DNA of 64,000 nucleotides from Tubiluchus corallicola (GCA_030141605.1 JAQGDQ010000462.1:1-64000), one strand, 5' to 3'; numbered from the stretch's first letter, positions 1 through 12,437 are shown. Notes: generated by a model from the letters alone, not told the origin. Made by a program: numbers and translations.

Positions 1-9
1 GTTTTACGT

Positions 10-1138
10 ATTAATGGAAGGTCGGTAGTAGGCAGATGTCTTATAACGGTGACTTTATGATCGTCACCAAGGTCTCTACCAGTGCTCGGAGACATTGGAC
101 GGGGAGAAGTCTGAAGATTTGCCGACGACGGAAAGAGATCTCACAGAGCGAAAGAATTCGAAGGAACACCTTGCTGATGTCAGAAATTGCATGGCAGGGG
201 ATGTCACCTGCCGCCGATGCTGCCATATGGTGCAATCTTTAGCAAGGTCAGCTCTTCGAGATATAAACTCTAAGTTTTAGACACACACACACACACACAC
301 ACGAGGAGCGACGTGAGTTACACATACCCACGCACATCGAGGAGGAGAGTCTGACAGTGTGTCCGAGACAGCTTCTAGGAGAGAAGAACATCATTTGACA
401 CCAGCGTAGAGGAGTTCTGCGTTCTCAGCAATAGACTGGGCACTGGATCAGCGAAAGTCTCGTTAAGCTATTCAGCTAGCTATTTGGAGTTGACCGAGTG
501 TACGGGGTACATTGGTCAATCTGCAAGTTAAGTGTACTTAACATATTTGTATCTGAGAGTAACTCTGCATAACTGTGGTTCACATTGCATTAAGCACCTT
601 AAGTGCTGCATACTGAATCGTTGTCAAGTAAATCGTATGAGCATCTTCTCTGGAGCAATACATCAATTGTAAACGCTCACCAGCGTATAAGGATAAATCC
701 TGTAAAGCATACAAGATTAGATAAAGTGTATTCTGTAATTGAATAAATTCAATTCACTGTGGTAACGTAGATAACCAGTTCTTGTATGATTAAGAGCGTT
801 CAAAGCAAAGCAACACTAAATCCTAGATACGAACTTGAGAGATTGTACTAACTAAAGCTCAATTGCGGGAGCTACGCTCGATAACTTGAGGGAAGAAGAC
901 CTCCACTCACAACGCAAGGTCAAAGTGACAGACTTGAAGGTCAGCATCATTGCCTGATAGACTTAACTAAAGTCCTCGGAGTCAGGTGATAGAATCATCT
1001 TATAGCGAACAGAGAGCAAATCTGTAAAATCTAAACTAATGAAAATACAATCTGTACAATATATAGATTTAGTTCACGATCACTCAATACGGCTACATAA
1101 AACTATACGATCACTCTATCGAGAAAAGGATCGCTACA
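10..1138. mobile_element. Solo LTR, partial copy in the left arm (reverse complement of 26882-28017)
   Basis: Near-identical reverse complement of the solo LTR at 26882-28304. Its TGT terminus at 1138 interrupts the LINE NYRPI motif. It contains (AC)11 at 281-302. Confidence 0.8.
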
Positions 1139-2600
1139 ATAGGCCTATAATTATTAGGGTCACTATAATCGGACTTGCCATTGTTTTTAATAAATGTAAC
1201 CTTTGAGTCATTCCATGGCCAAATATTGCTCTCTAAGCAAATGTTGACTATATTGAGAAAGGTGGCTTTAGCCCAAAATCCCATGTTTTTTATCATTAGT
1301 GGATGAAACCCATGAATGTCTATGCTCTTGTTATTTGTTTTAACACTTTTTATCGCATTATTTAGTTCCCTCATGTTAAACCTATCATTAAGCCATGTAT
1401 GCTTCACAACTATTGGTTGATCAATTTGTTGGTCAACAATTTCCTCGATTTCTTCAAACCATGCATTATCAAATGAATTGGGATTTATATGTTCTCCACT
1501 AAAAAATGTTTTGTACATGAGTTTACTTTTGTCATCATCACTTACGTAATCTTTACCCAAAACTTTTAGGCTTTCTATTTCGTTACTGAATTTAGTTTCA
1601 AAAACGCGTTATACGTTTTCCAGAACTCCTTGCCTTGTGCTGCATTTAAATTTTCGGAATTTTTGTCAATCCACTTATTCATTTCTAAATGCAGCGCGTC
1701 ACTAAACTCTGACGTGGCTTCCACATAAGATTGCTTGTTTTCGTAATTGGACATCTGCAGGTAATTTCTCCTGCAAAGCCTCACTTTATTATTTACTTTT
1801 GTTAATTGACTAGACCAGAAAGGTTGGCTAAATTTTGTTATCATTTTCTTATTTAGTGCTTCTTCGTTTGCATTTTCTATGATCTTTCGGAGCTGTACCC
1901 AAGCACTCTGAACATCTTTGGCCTAAATAAGTTGATTTAGTTCATGAAATTGTTCTCTTACTTTACGTTCCAAAACACCTGACCATCTTTACCAATCACT
2001 ATTGTTAAAATCGTACACACAACGAACTACTTTATCATTTTCCGATAATTTACATTTAATTTTGTTCATAACAGCAAAGTGTCCCATTTGGGGTGCTCCC
2101 GAAAAGAACTCTGTATCTTTCTCTACATATTGCTGACAAAGTTGGGCAGAAAAGTTTTGCGTAGCTAATATAACATCAATTGTACTAGAACCAGTTGCAG
2201 GGTTCGTTTGGCGTAATAATGACGTGGACACCCTTGGCCTGATTTAAGAAGTTGTGAAGTTGTATGCCATGTTCATTGTCAATCCTATCCCAGAGAATAT
2301 TATGGGCGTTTAGATCGCCTATAGCCGCAATACTGTATATACCGTGTTTACTGCCGAAAGAAGCTGCTTTCTTCTACATTAATAACCATTTTCTCATTTG
2401 TTCAGGTGAATTTGGTTTTATATATACAGATCCTATTAAAATTTTAGTATGTGGCGTGTTTAAGATAACCCATACAACATCTAAATCTGAATCGCTTGCA
2501 TCTGATAAGTACAACATGTTACTGGCAATATTTTCTTTTATATACAAGGCTACTCCACCAGAGTAATTGCTCACGCCTTCTTTGAAACTCACTGAAGCAT
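1139..2600 (-). mobile_element. Degenerate non-LTR retrotransposon (LINE) ORF2 fragment: APE endonuclease to start of RT
   Basis: Motifs GGVALYIK, IGSVYIKP, GDLNAH and STIDVILAT, then RT-start W..SKVTFIK..GK.DYSDPNNYRPI. Broken by stops and frameshifts. Mirror of 25420-26881. Confidence 0.9.
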
Positions 2601-3594
2601 AACTATAATGCTAGTGTGACAATTTTTAGAGACAGCTTCATTTCATCAGCCTTGACAAAAAATATGTGAACCCCATGGACACATAGACTATAACATATTA
2701 GCTGTATGTCAGCGATGTATGTCACGAATCTCGTCACCAGAGGTGCAGGCGCAGATACATGCTCAATGGCAGCCAAGTCAATTGTTCGTTTTGTGTACAG
2801 TTTTATCCGAACTTTTGCCAAGGATTCTCAAACATGAAATTTTCGTGAAGAATGAGGTACGAATAACCCATATAATCATGAGTTATTCAAGCCCAACTTA
2901 ATTTTGGTGATATTCCCCTTTTAAGTGACATTAATGACAAAAGTGAGCTCCAAATGAAAGATATCGGGCCGCAAATGGTCGAAATGTCCAGAAAACTACT
3001 CTTATATTAAAATTTGTGATAGTATTATTTCTGACGATGAAGATAGTTTATGAAGCCAATTTATTTATTGGATAGTGTGGCCGAAAGGGGGGCCTTGTAA
3101 TAGTTATTTCTTTTTGCCGAAAGGCTGAATAAGTACAGAAGACCGGTACATTTTTCAAAAAATCCAGAACATAAAACTGTGATTGAACACGCATGACACT
3201 GACTTATATGCATAGCTAATCATTGCCGAGTACACTCTCGAAATGGTATAAAAGGCATAATTATGTCATTTCTTACAAAATTTGAAAATAAATAATAAAA
3301 TAATGATTATAAATTTTATTCGTAAACAAATATTGTCTATTAAAGCACTGTATTGGTAGCTATAGAACTATTGCTGATGAGCAGTTTCTCAAAAAATGGA
3401 AAATTGACATAATCCCTTTTTGCACCAAGCCATGTAATTGTTATTATGTAAAATTTCAGGTTAGCGTCCTATCATTTACAGTGTAATTCATTTCTTTTCA
3501 ATTCTATATGATTTATAGGCGTGAACGCTCTAAAGGTATTGCAGGGACTCGTACGACAGGCGGGACTAATTTGCTTGTGTTTTAATTACTTTAG

Positions 3595-6500
3595 TTTGCA
3601 CGCATTTCCTTCAATGTCTTTGCGGTTGAGCCCCATTCCAGTTGTGCCTCCGATGCTCTCTACGTTTACAGTGGCAATGATACGTCATCAACGTTACTGG
3701 CCACACTGTGCGGTTTCGATATTCCACCTGATTACGTATCATGTCAGCAACTATTCCTGCATTTCACAACAGATAACACTGTACCTTTTAGAGGCTTTGA
3801 GTTAGAAATCACTTTCACTTCTAGTAAACCTCTTCCGCCTGAAAATCATGAACTTTTTGAAAAGCAACCTGAAAATTCAGATGTTATAAGTAAAGATGAT
3901 GTAATGCTGGAATGTACAATGACAGAGACCTTTCTGAAGCTTCCCTGCTACGCGAATTATTCTTGTATCTGGACGCACAATGATGAAGTAATCCCAGTAG
4001 ACGAAATGGAAAATAATGAATACCTTGTTGATTTGGAAGATGATCGCTTGGGAAGTGGAAATCACAGTATTCTAGTCAGTGATATAGATTATTATCAGAG
4101 AGATGGGATCTATAAATGTGGATGCAGAGTTGATTTACATCAAGGTAAAAGAACATAAACTCCATTTGGCATTATATCTTGCTTTTTTGTCTTACACTCA
4201 AGTGAAATTAATTTTTCGGATTTTTTATTTTGCTTATATCTAAAAAAGACACGATTTCTCATAGACCCAAACAAGTTTTGAGATGACTGACATAGCATTA
4301 TTAAAAGACGTGAAACTTTTTTTTGCAGTTTATACATATTCAGAAGAAGCAGAAGTAAGAGCTTTTGGTAAGTAGCTTTGCTACTGCATTGAAAAAATCA
4401 ATTTTAAATGACACTGTGGCATTACTTGAATAATTGGCGATCATATAATATCAGAACTCTGATTTAGCCTCACAATCTGCGCTTCTAATGTAATTTGTAA
4501 ACGTAATTGGTAAATAAAGGGCATTAATTTTTATTATAATTTGACTGACCAGCGCAACGTACAAGACAGCATAAGAAAATGTAAGGCACACTTCATGGAT
4601 GGATGGATGGGAAGCCAACAAACCGATGGACAATCTGATAGAAGGAATGATAGACAGACAAACAGACTGGAGAGCAAACAGACAGACAGCAGAAAAGACT
4701 GACTGACTGACTTCGCTGATATGTACTGACCATGCAGTCCTACTTGATCGTCAATGAATGCACTGTGCCAGAAAACTGGCAATTTAAACTGGACATAATG
4801 CACTGTTAAACATTCAATTGACTTTAATTAAATTGCACTTGGAAAAGTATGCTAAAAGCCTTGTTGGACTGCATGTGTTGTCTAGATGTTAGAATTTGTA
4901 ATCACCCATCCTGCCAATAGCGTTACTGCACTGCATGAATATTGATTTTAGAATTTATTAGCATCCATTTTACTCTTTTTTGTTATAAACTATGTAATCG
5001 CTCATTATTGAGAGACATTTGTCATATTTATGAACAGAAATATTCAATAACACGTACAGGATTATAATTTAACAGCTCCTGGTTGCCTGGGTGAGGTCTT
5101 TGACATAACAGAAGAACGTCTTCTCATATCACATCCTGGATATACTCAACAGAATTACTTTAATTATGTTAACTGTAGATGGCGCATCACTGCTCCAATG
5201 GGAAAGGTAACTAGTCTGTAATAGTTATTAGTTATTATTGGTTATTAGTGCTTCTTTGTAATTTTTTGTGATCATAATATAGGGCATCTGAAGACTATAT
5301 ATAATTGTTCGTATAATAATTCCGCAAAATAGTCTCATATTGATGTTAATGTACCACGTGTAGATGCATGCAACTGATATTATCATTATCAAGCAAATGA
5401 TATATGCTCTTGAATAACGATGACGCCTAATTTTTGAGAAAAGTAACGGAGAACAACGTTCAAGTTGAATTTTATGACAAACTTGTAGGAGCTTGCATAA
5501 TGACTAACTGCCTGGATGTGCTAAGTTCTAAATATCTTCTTATGGTCAACATCAAAATAAGTCCATATTTACGGTATCTTAGTTTGACTTGTCACACAAC
5601 TCTATACGTAGGTGGCTTCTGAATTTCATAATAGGATAGCTTTATTTGGTATACTTGTTATAAACTGAATTTTAATCCACAATTTTAAAATACAGTAGAA
5701 ATTTACATGACTAATACTTGCTTTATAATTACTTTCTGCTGCACGAATTCTTGTTCTTATATTTGCAGACAATATCCATATCCTTCAAGTCGTTTGCTGT
5801 TGAGTACCATACTAACTGTGCTTACGATGTACTTTACATCTATGATGATAGTGACAACAATGCGATGTCCATGATAGCTAGACTCTGTGGCTACAATCTT
5901 CCACCAGATTACCAGTCTTCTGGACAAGCGATGTTCCTTCACTTCACAACTGACGTTATGGTAACAGCTGCTGGTTTTGAAATTGAAATAAAATTCTTGG
6001 ATGTTACAATTTTTTCTGATGAACCACAAAATGCCGACGTAGTTAGTGGAGGAAGTGCTATATTAGAATGTGTGGTATCTGATGCATTCATCAGCAACAG
6101 TGAAGAGTATTCCTGCATTTGGAATCGAAATGAAGCTGACATTATTATAGAAGAAACTGACAACATTGAATACTTAATTGAAGTAGAGGAAGATCGTCTC
6201 AGAAGTGGAAATCATAGTATAAAGATCAGTGAAATAGATGTTGCTACACGAGACGGATTCTATAAATGTGGTTGCAGAGGAGACCCCACCCAAGGTAATC
6301 ATTATTAGAGTATTGATATTAACGTCTTAACAACCATTCTACCGGCTAGTATCAATGTTAGTAAGCCTATTAAAGACAATCCTAAAGTTCGTCCGCAGTC
6401 AGTTCTGCAATTATTTGGCATGGTAATTAGCAAATGTCACATAAACTTTTAAATAGACTGTCAGATTTATACGTGCAGATGTATGCAATATATGATGACC

Positions 6501-9500
6501 TTCTCTGAAATAAGCTTTAGAACTCATCGAACTGACATTCAAAAAACTGAAATGATACGCCTCTCAGATTTCTAACAAGCACAAAATATTGGGCATTACT
6601 TGGCGATTCAAATTAAAATTTCAAGAACACGCTGATTTAATGGTTCAAATATATCAGATTAATAAAAAAATGTCATATTACCATGACGCAGTTCAACACT
6701 GGACCATTACCAGTACAAATTAGAAGTATTTCAATTTTTAGCCCTTTCTTTAAATCATTTTCAGTTCTTGAACTACAACTATTTTCATTTGTGGGGTTTT
6801 GTTTTTGATAGTTCTTTTTGCAAAATTGTGTTTAAGCTTCAAAAACATTGCCTGCAGCCTTGCTTTAATATTTTAAGTAAACAGTTATTTTAATTTCTCC
6901 TATTTTGTGGATTTGTAATGTATCTTTTCATATATACCTTGTATTGTTTGTATGTGTACCTATATATGTGACAATATGTGTATAGATGTTTCCTTCCTCT
7001 CAGAGCATTTTCTTTGTAACTGGCAATTAGTAGCATGTAAACATGAACGTGCAATGCTGTTAGAAAGTTTCAAAATTATGTGGCTGCTGAAAATAACGTA
7101 CTTTACAAGTGAAAGAGTATGTGTGAGACTACTTGTTCCATGTCCGCTCAGCGCATGCTCTGCTACATGCACGCTGTGTTATTTCAGCAGCTGGTTCATT
7201 TTATATCTTATGGTTCATATAATATCTTAATTTAATCAGTACCGTGTTGTAAACGAGCTCTATTCCATTAATTTTTCTCCTGAATAAACGTTTTTCAAAT
7301 TTTTCAGTAAATGCATTAAAGTGAAAACGCATAGCTTACGTTTTCTCACCTCATTTCCTCATTTAGATATTTAAATTATATAAATTTTGCCCTTCATATA
7401 TATATATATATTCTTTTTGTGTTGATTTGAGATGATAGAGATTTAAGATTTCTAATTAATTTTTTAATTAATGTATATTTTAATTTTTTATCTGTGATTA
7501 TTTTAGATTATACATACACTGAAGAAGTAGAAGTAAAAATAGTCGGTAAGTAGAAAAAAACTGAGTTATCCGCCATTTTAGTTACAATATTTGCAAGAGG
7601 CGAAGGATTGTGTGTTATTCTATTGACAGTGAAGTTAAAAAACGTTTTGCTAGAAGGGCATGAATGTCCAAAGAAGAAGGCATATGATGAAGGCATTATT
7701 TAAAAACAGGCCTAGTCAATTTCTTTAATGAAGACTAGTTGCTATTATTTATAGAGAATAATGTAGATGGGGTGAGACCCTGTAGCGACTATCAAAACAA
7801 TTGATAAAGTCAAATGAAATGACGTAGAGCAAACAGGACCCAGCTGTACTACTGCAAACATTATCCATTTTTGTTAACGTACATTACATTACAGCAAAAC
7901 CCCATTATATGACTGATCCCGCATGCAACACTGAGATAGAGGAAAGAAATACTGGCTTCCTACAATCTCCTGTTTTCTGTTCCTATCCGAAGTTTGAGAG
8001 TGCAACTTGGACAATAACTGCAACAGCTCGCGATACAGTGACAGTTACACACTACGAGGTCGGCTACATTTATTACTTTGATGAATATCAAAGTTACTTG
8101 GAACCAACTACAAGCAATCATGCCTACGAGGAATGTTTTGAAGCCAAGATTTATATCAAAGCACTAGATCTGGAAGAAGGAGATATTCTTGATGTTGTCT
8201 TCAAGGTAGCTAACAACATCGGTCATGTGGATAAAAACTGTAGGGTAGAAATCATAAAAGGTATGCCAATATTTAGACTCATTGAAATTTAGACTAAAAA
8301 AAAATCCATAAAATTACTACTCATTGGTGTCAAAATTTGTTTCAGACTACACAACTAAAAGTTAAATTAACATAGTGTAAAACCAACATGATAAAATTTT
8401 ACAAATAACAAATAAAAACAGCCAACAAAACAAAGAAATTGTAAAGTCCAAATACTTTGGCAGAGGCAAAATTAACTAAAATAACAAACATCATAGTAAC
8501 TCTAACCCTAAACCCATTTTTTCTGTGGCATTTCTCCTGTGTCATATTTAGCTGTGTCTTTTTTTCCTATGTCACAACCATGTTGACATCGTTTTATGTC
8601 ACGAGAACGTCAACACAACTGGACAGCTTAGAATACCTCAACGAGAAAAATTTCGTCTATCTGGATTCAATCACATGATATAGTAGTACATAAAACGGTG
8701 ACGTTGAACACACCGGTAAAATCTGATTTCAAAACAGATTGGCTTCCAGTGTAATATCATCATATGGTCTAACTTTAAATTTTTTATGAAAATTGACAAT
8801 CGTTAGTGATAAAATTATGCGGTTTTGCAGCTAAAGCATCTAGTTACATAACCTGCATTACCCGTAGCCTGAACGTCGCATAACAGCAACAACAACAACA
8901 ATAACAACAAAGGCAATAATGATGATGATGATATCATAAAATTTGGTGCAAGCTGGTACAAGCCATACTTCTGCTGGTAGCTAAAGGTCATATGTTTTTC
9001 CGTTTGGCTAAATTTCCTGTGTAAATTTCTAGCAGATAGAATTTGGTACAAAATTATTTTGCAAAGCTAGCTTCGTCTCCATGACTAACTACTTTACTAC
9101 TTCATTTGAATCTAATAACAGAAAATCCAAGCACCCATGATTCTTGAACAGTGCAGTGTTATGTCCAGTTGAGATGAGTAATATAAATAAAAGAAACTAC
9201 GAATAATCATAGCAGATATGCTGCTAAACACATTTAATTTATTAATACAAATTTTTGATTGCTTTACGTTCTCACCTTCAAAGATGCTGAGCTGATATTG
9301 TTGAAGCAGTTATTGCAGGCACTGTTGCTGCTATTGTTGAAACAGTTATTGCTGGCACTGTTGCTGCTATTGTTGAAACAGTTATTGCTGGCACTGTTGC
9401 TGATACTGTTGAAACAGTTATTGCAGGCACTGTTGCTGCTATTGTTGAAACAGTTATTGCTGGCACTGTTGCTGCTATTGTTGAAACAGTTATTGGTGGC

Positions 9501-12259
9501 ACTGTTGCTGCTATTGTTGAAACAGTTATTGCTGGCAATGTTGCTGTTATTGCTCAAACAGCTATTGCTGGCACTGTTGCTGCTGTTGTTGAAACAGTTA
9601 TTGCAGGCACTGTTGCTGCTATTTTTGAAACAGTTATTGGTGGCACTGTTGCTGCTATTGTTGAAACAGTTATTGCTGGCAATGTTGCTGTTATTGCTCA
9701 AACAGCTATTGCGGGCACTGTTGCTGCTGTTGTTGAAACAGTTATTGCAGGCACTGTTGCTGCTATTTTTGAAACAGTTATTGGTGGCACTGTTGCTGCT
9801 ATTGTTGAAACAGTTATTGCTGGCAATGTTGCTGTTATTGCTCAAACAGCTATTGCTGGCACTGTTGCTGCTGTTGTTGAAACAGTTATTGCAGGCACTG
9901 TTGCTGCTATTGTTGAAACAGTTATTGGTGGCACTGTTGCTGCTATTTTTGAAACAGTTATTGCTGGCAATGTTGCTGTTATTGCTCAAACAGCTATTGC
10001 TGGCACTGTTGCTGCTGTTGTTGAAACAGTTATTGCAGGCACTGTTGCTGCTATTTTTGAAACAGTTATTGGTGGCACTGTTGCTGCTATTGTTGAAAGA
10101 GTTATTGCAGGCACTGTTGCTGCTATTTTTGAAACAGTTATTGGTGGCACTGTTGCTGCTATTGTTGAAACAGTTATTGCTGGCAATGTTGCTGTTATTG
10201 CTCAAACAGCTATTGCTGGCACTGTTGCTGCTGTTGTTGAAACAGTTATTGCAGGCACTGTTGCTGCTATTGTTGAAACAGTTATTGGTGGCACTGTTGC
10301 TGCTATTTTTGAAACAGTTATTGCTGGCAATGTTGCTGTTATTGCTCAAACAGATATTGCTGGCACTGTTGCTGCTGTTGTTGAAACAGTTATTGCAGCA
10401 CTGTTCTGCTATTTTGAAACAGTTATTGTGGCACTGTTGCTGCTATTGTTGAAAGAGTTATTGCTGGCACTGTTGCTGCTGTTGTTGAAACAGTTATTGC
10501 TGGCACTGTTGCTGCTATTGTTGAAACCGTTATTGCTGGCACTGTTGCTGCTGTTGTTGAAACAGTTATTGCTGGCACTGTTGCTGCTGTTGTTGAAACA
10601 GTTATTGCTGGCACTGTTGCTGCTGTTGTTGAAACAGTTATTGCTGGCACTGTTGCTGCTATTGTTGAAAGAGTTATTGCTGGCACTGTTGCTGCTATTG
10701 TTGAAAGAGTTATTGCTGGCACTGATGCTGCTATTGTTGAAACAGTTATTGCTCCTCATGCAGTGGTCGCTCTTCGAAGCAAATAAAAATTTTACGATTT
10801 TCAGAAGAGTCTGATATAAAGCTTGGTGCAATACTCGGTGTTGTATTTGGATTACTTGCTCTTATCATTATCGTTCCTATCATAGTGGTCGCTTGTTCTT
10901 CCAACAACAAGAAGAGCAGTTCTGGACGTGAGTATTCTAGCAAGTTTATCAATATAATACTATTTTTCCCGAAAGGCACGAAACGCATTTTAGGTACCTC
11001 GAGGTCTACAGTAATATTAGCATTTCAAAAATCACCATAATAGCTTAAGCTGCTAAGAATAAAATGAATTTTTTTTAAACATGTTTTACGTACCTTTCTC
11101 AGGCCAACAGTAACATGAGCATATCAAAAATAAGGTCTCCTAAGAGTGAAAATTTTATACTAGTTAAAAATTACAGAAAATTTGATAAGGCTGCAAGTGC
11201 GTTTTCTCATTAACTGTATGTGGTTTTTAAAAATAAAATGTATTATTCTAGCGAACCTAACTAATATAACATAATAGTTGGATGTAACAAAAACGTCTAA
11301 CAAGCAAACGAACGAAGCAAACAAAACAAACAAACAAACCAAGCAAGATTAACTTCTAAAGCTCGTAGAACAACCCGTAGAAGCAGACGACAGTTGAATG
11401 TTCAGATGACTTCAGATGAAAAATGAAATGAATGAAGTGAGCTAAGAGAAGATGGCATGCTAATAATGAAATGCGTCTAGAGAGCTTGTACTGTTTGCTG
11501 CATATATCTTTGCTTATAAAAATGTTACTTAGTGCAATTACACACAGTGATACATACTTTGCGTTGAAATCAGGTAAATGTAGGTGTGATAAGCTACGAA
11601 TTTTTAGGTCTGATTAGATGCTGTTATTCCTGGTCACGTCAATACTAAGTTTTTTACAATTTAATGTTATATAAAGGCGTATATATGACACATTTTTGAA
11701 AGTACTGTTCATATTTTGACTCATATATGTAAACTTAATTTCACATCGTTCCAAGGTATCTGATCTTTTTTGCAACTGAAAGAAAACAATGATTGGTGAA
11801 CCTCATTGCAAAATCGTCTCGTATTTCGATATAAAAATTTGTCTGTCATGATGAAGATTTTAAGAGATTCGTGACCTAATTAAAAGAAGTTAGTTTGATT
11901 AAGTGGTGAAACGATATAATAAAGTCCATATTTTCAATTCCCATCTGGAAGTTTCAGCATTGAACTGATAACATTCAAAATTTGCGAAAAATAGCGTTTA
12001 TACTCACAGAACAGTAATTTTTTGTTTAACCCATTATAGTTATACAAATTTAACGCAATTGTCATTAGCTGGTGTTCTTCTGTCTTCAAAAGCCTTTAAA
12101 ACTCATGGTCTCTTTCATTTTTTCGTTTCAGAAGAAGCTTCTCACGATGCAGAAATGTCATCTACGCCTGCGTACAGCACGGAAGCTACTAAGGTGCCAA
12201 TGAGCAGCAAGGAGATTTTAGAAGACAATAATTTACATAACGTGTCTGAATCTTTCTAA
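3595..12259 (+). CDS. CUB/Ig type I membrane receptor, paralog B (3' eight exons: half CUB-Ig-CUB-Ig-Ig-like-TM-tail); 5' exons not in the window
   Basis: GT-AG exons with consistent phases: 3595-4144, 4329-4367, 5076-5206, 5769-6294, 7507-7545, 7895-8260, 10805-10927, 12132-12259 (TAA). CUB motifs SHPGY..YFNYVNCRWRITAP and CAYDVLYIYD..RLCG..MFLHFTTD..GFEI. Ig motifs LECVV..CIW..DGFYKC. TM GAILGVVFGLLALIIIVPIIVVA. Confidence 0.88.
9289..10752. repeat. Intronic 36-bp minisatellite, ~40 units, with 144-bp higher-order periodicity
   Basis: Unit ttgaaacagttattgctggcactgttgctgctattg. The variant ctcaaacag recurs at 9553, 9697, 9841, 9985, 10201 and 10345. Confidence 0.97.
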
Positions 12260-12352
12260 AGAAAACCAGCTACATACCCCTATCAGCAATGGAATGAGAA
12301 AAAAACAGCGATCTGTATTATCCTGCTAGTAATAAATCATTTTCACGCCCTA

Positions 12353-12366
12353 TATGATGACGACGG

Positions 12367-12414
<48 letters not shown>

Positions 12415-12437
12415 CGATGACGATGATGATGATGACA
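12353..12437. repeat. (GAT)n microsatellite downstream of the paralog B stop
   Basis: Run of gat/gac triplets; a shorter mirror lies at ~16720-16775. Confidence 0.9.

Noticed and set aside
4145-4328. Recombination signal sequences between the Ig exon and the J-like micro-exon
   Set aside because: No CACAGTG heptamer with a correctly spaced ACAAAAACC nonamer; the boundaries are ordinary GT-AG.
8496-8517. Telomere-like taaccctaaaccc (mirror at ~19646-19662)
   Set aside because: Only two or three degenerate units; more likely part of a dispersed repeat.
9259-10831. Long Leu-rich, Ser/Asn-rich and Thr/Ala-rich ORFs (also 18140-18966)
   Set aside because: These are translations of the 36-bp minisatellite, which is stop-free in several frames. 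The flanking exons splice in phase without it.
12172-12190. ITIM/ITAM in the cytoplasmic tail
   Set aside because: YSTE lacks the hydrophobic +3 residue and there is only one Tyr.
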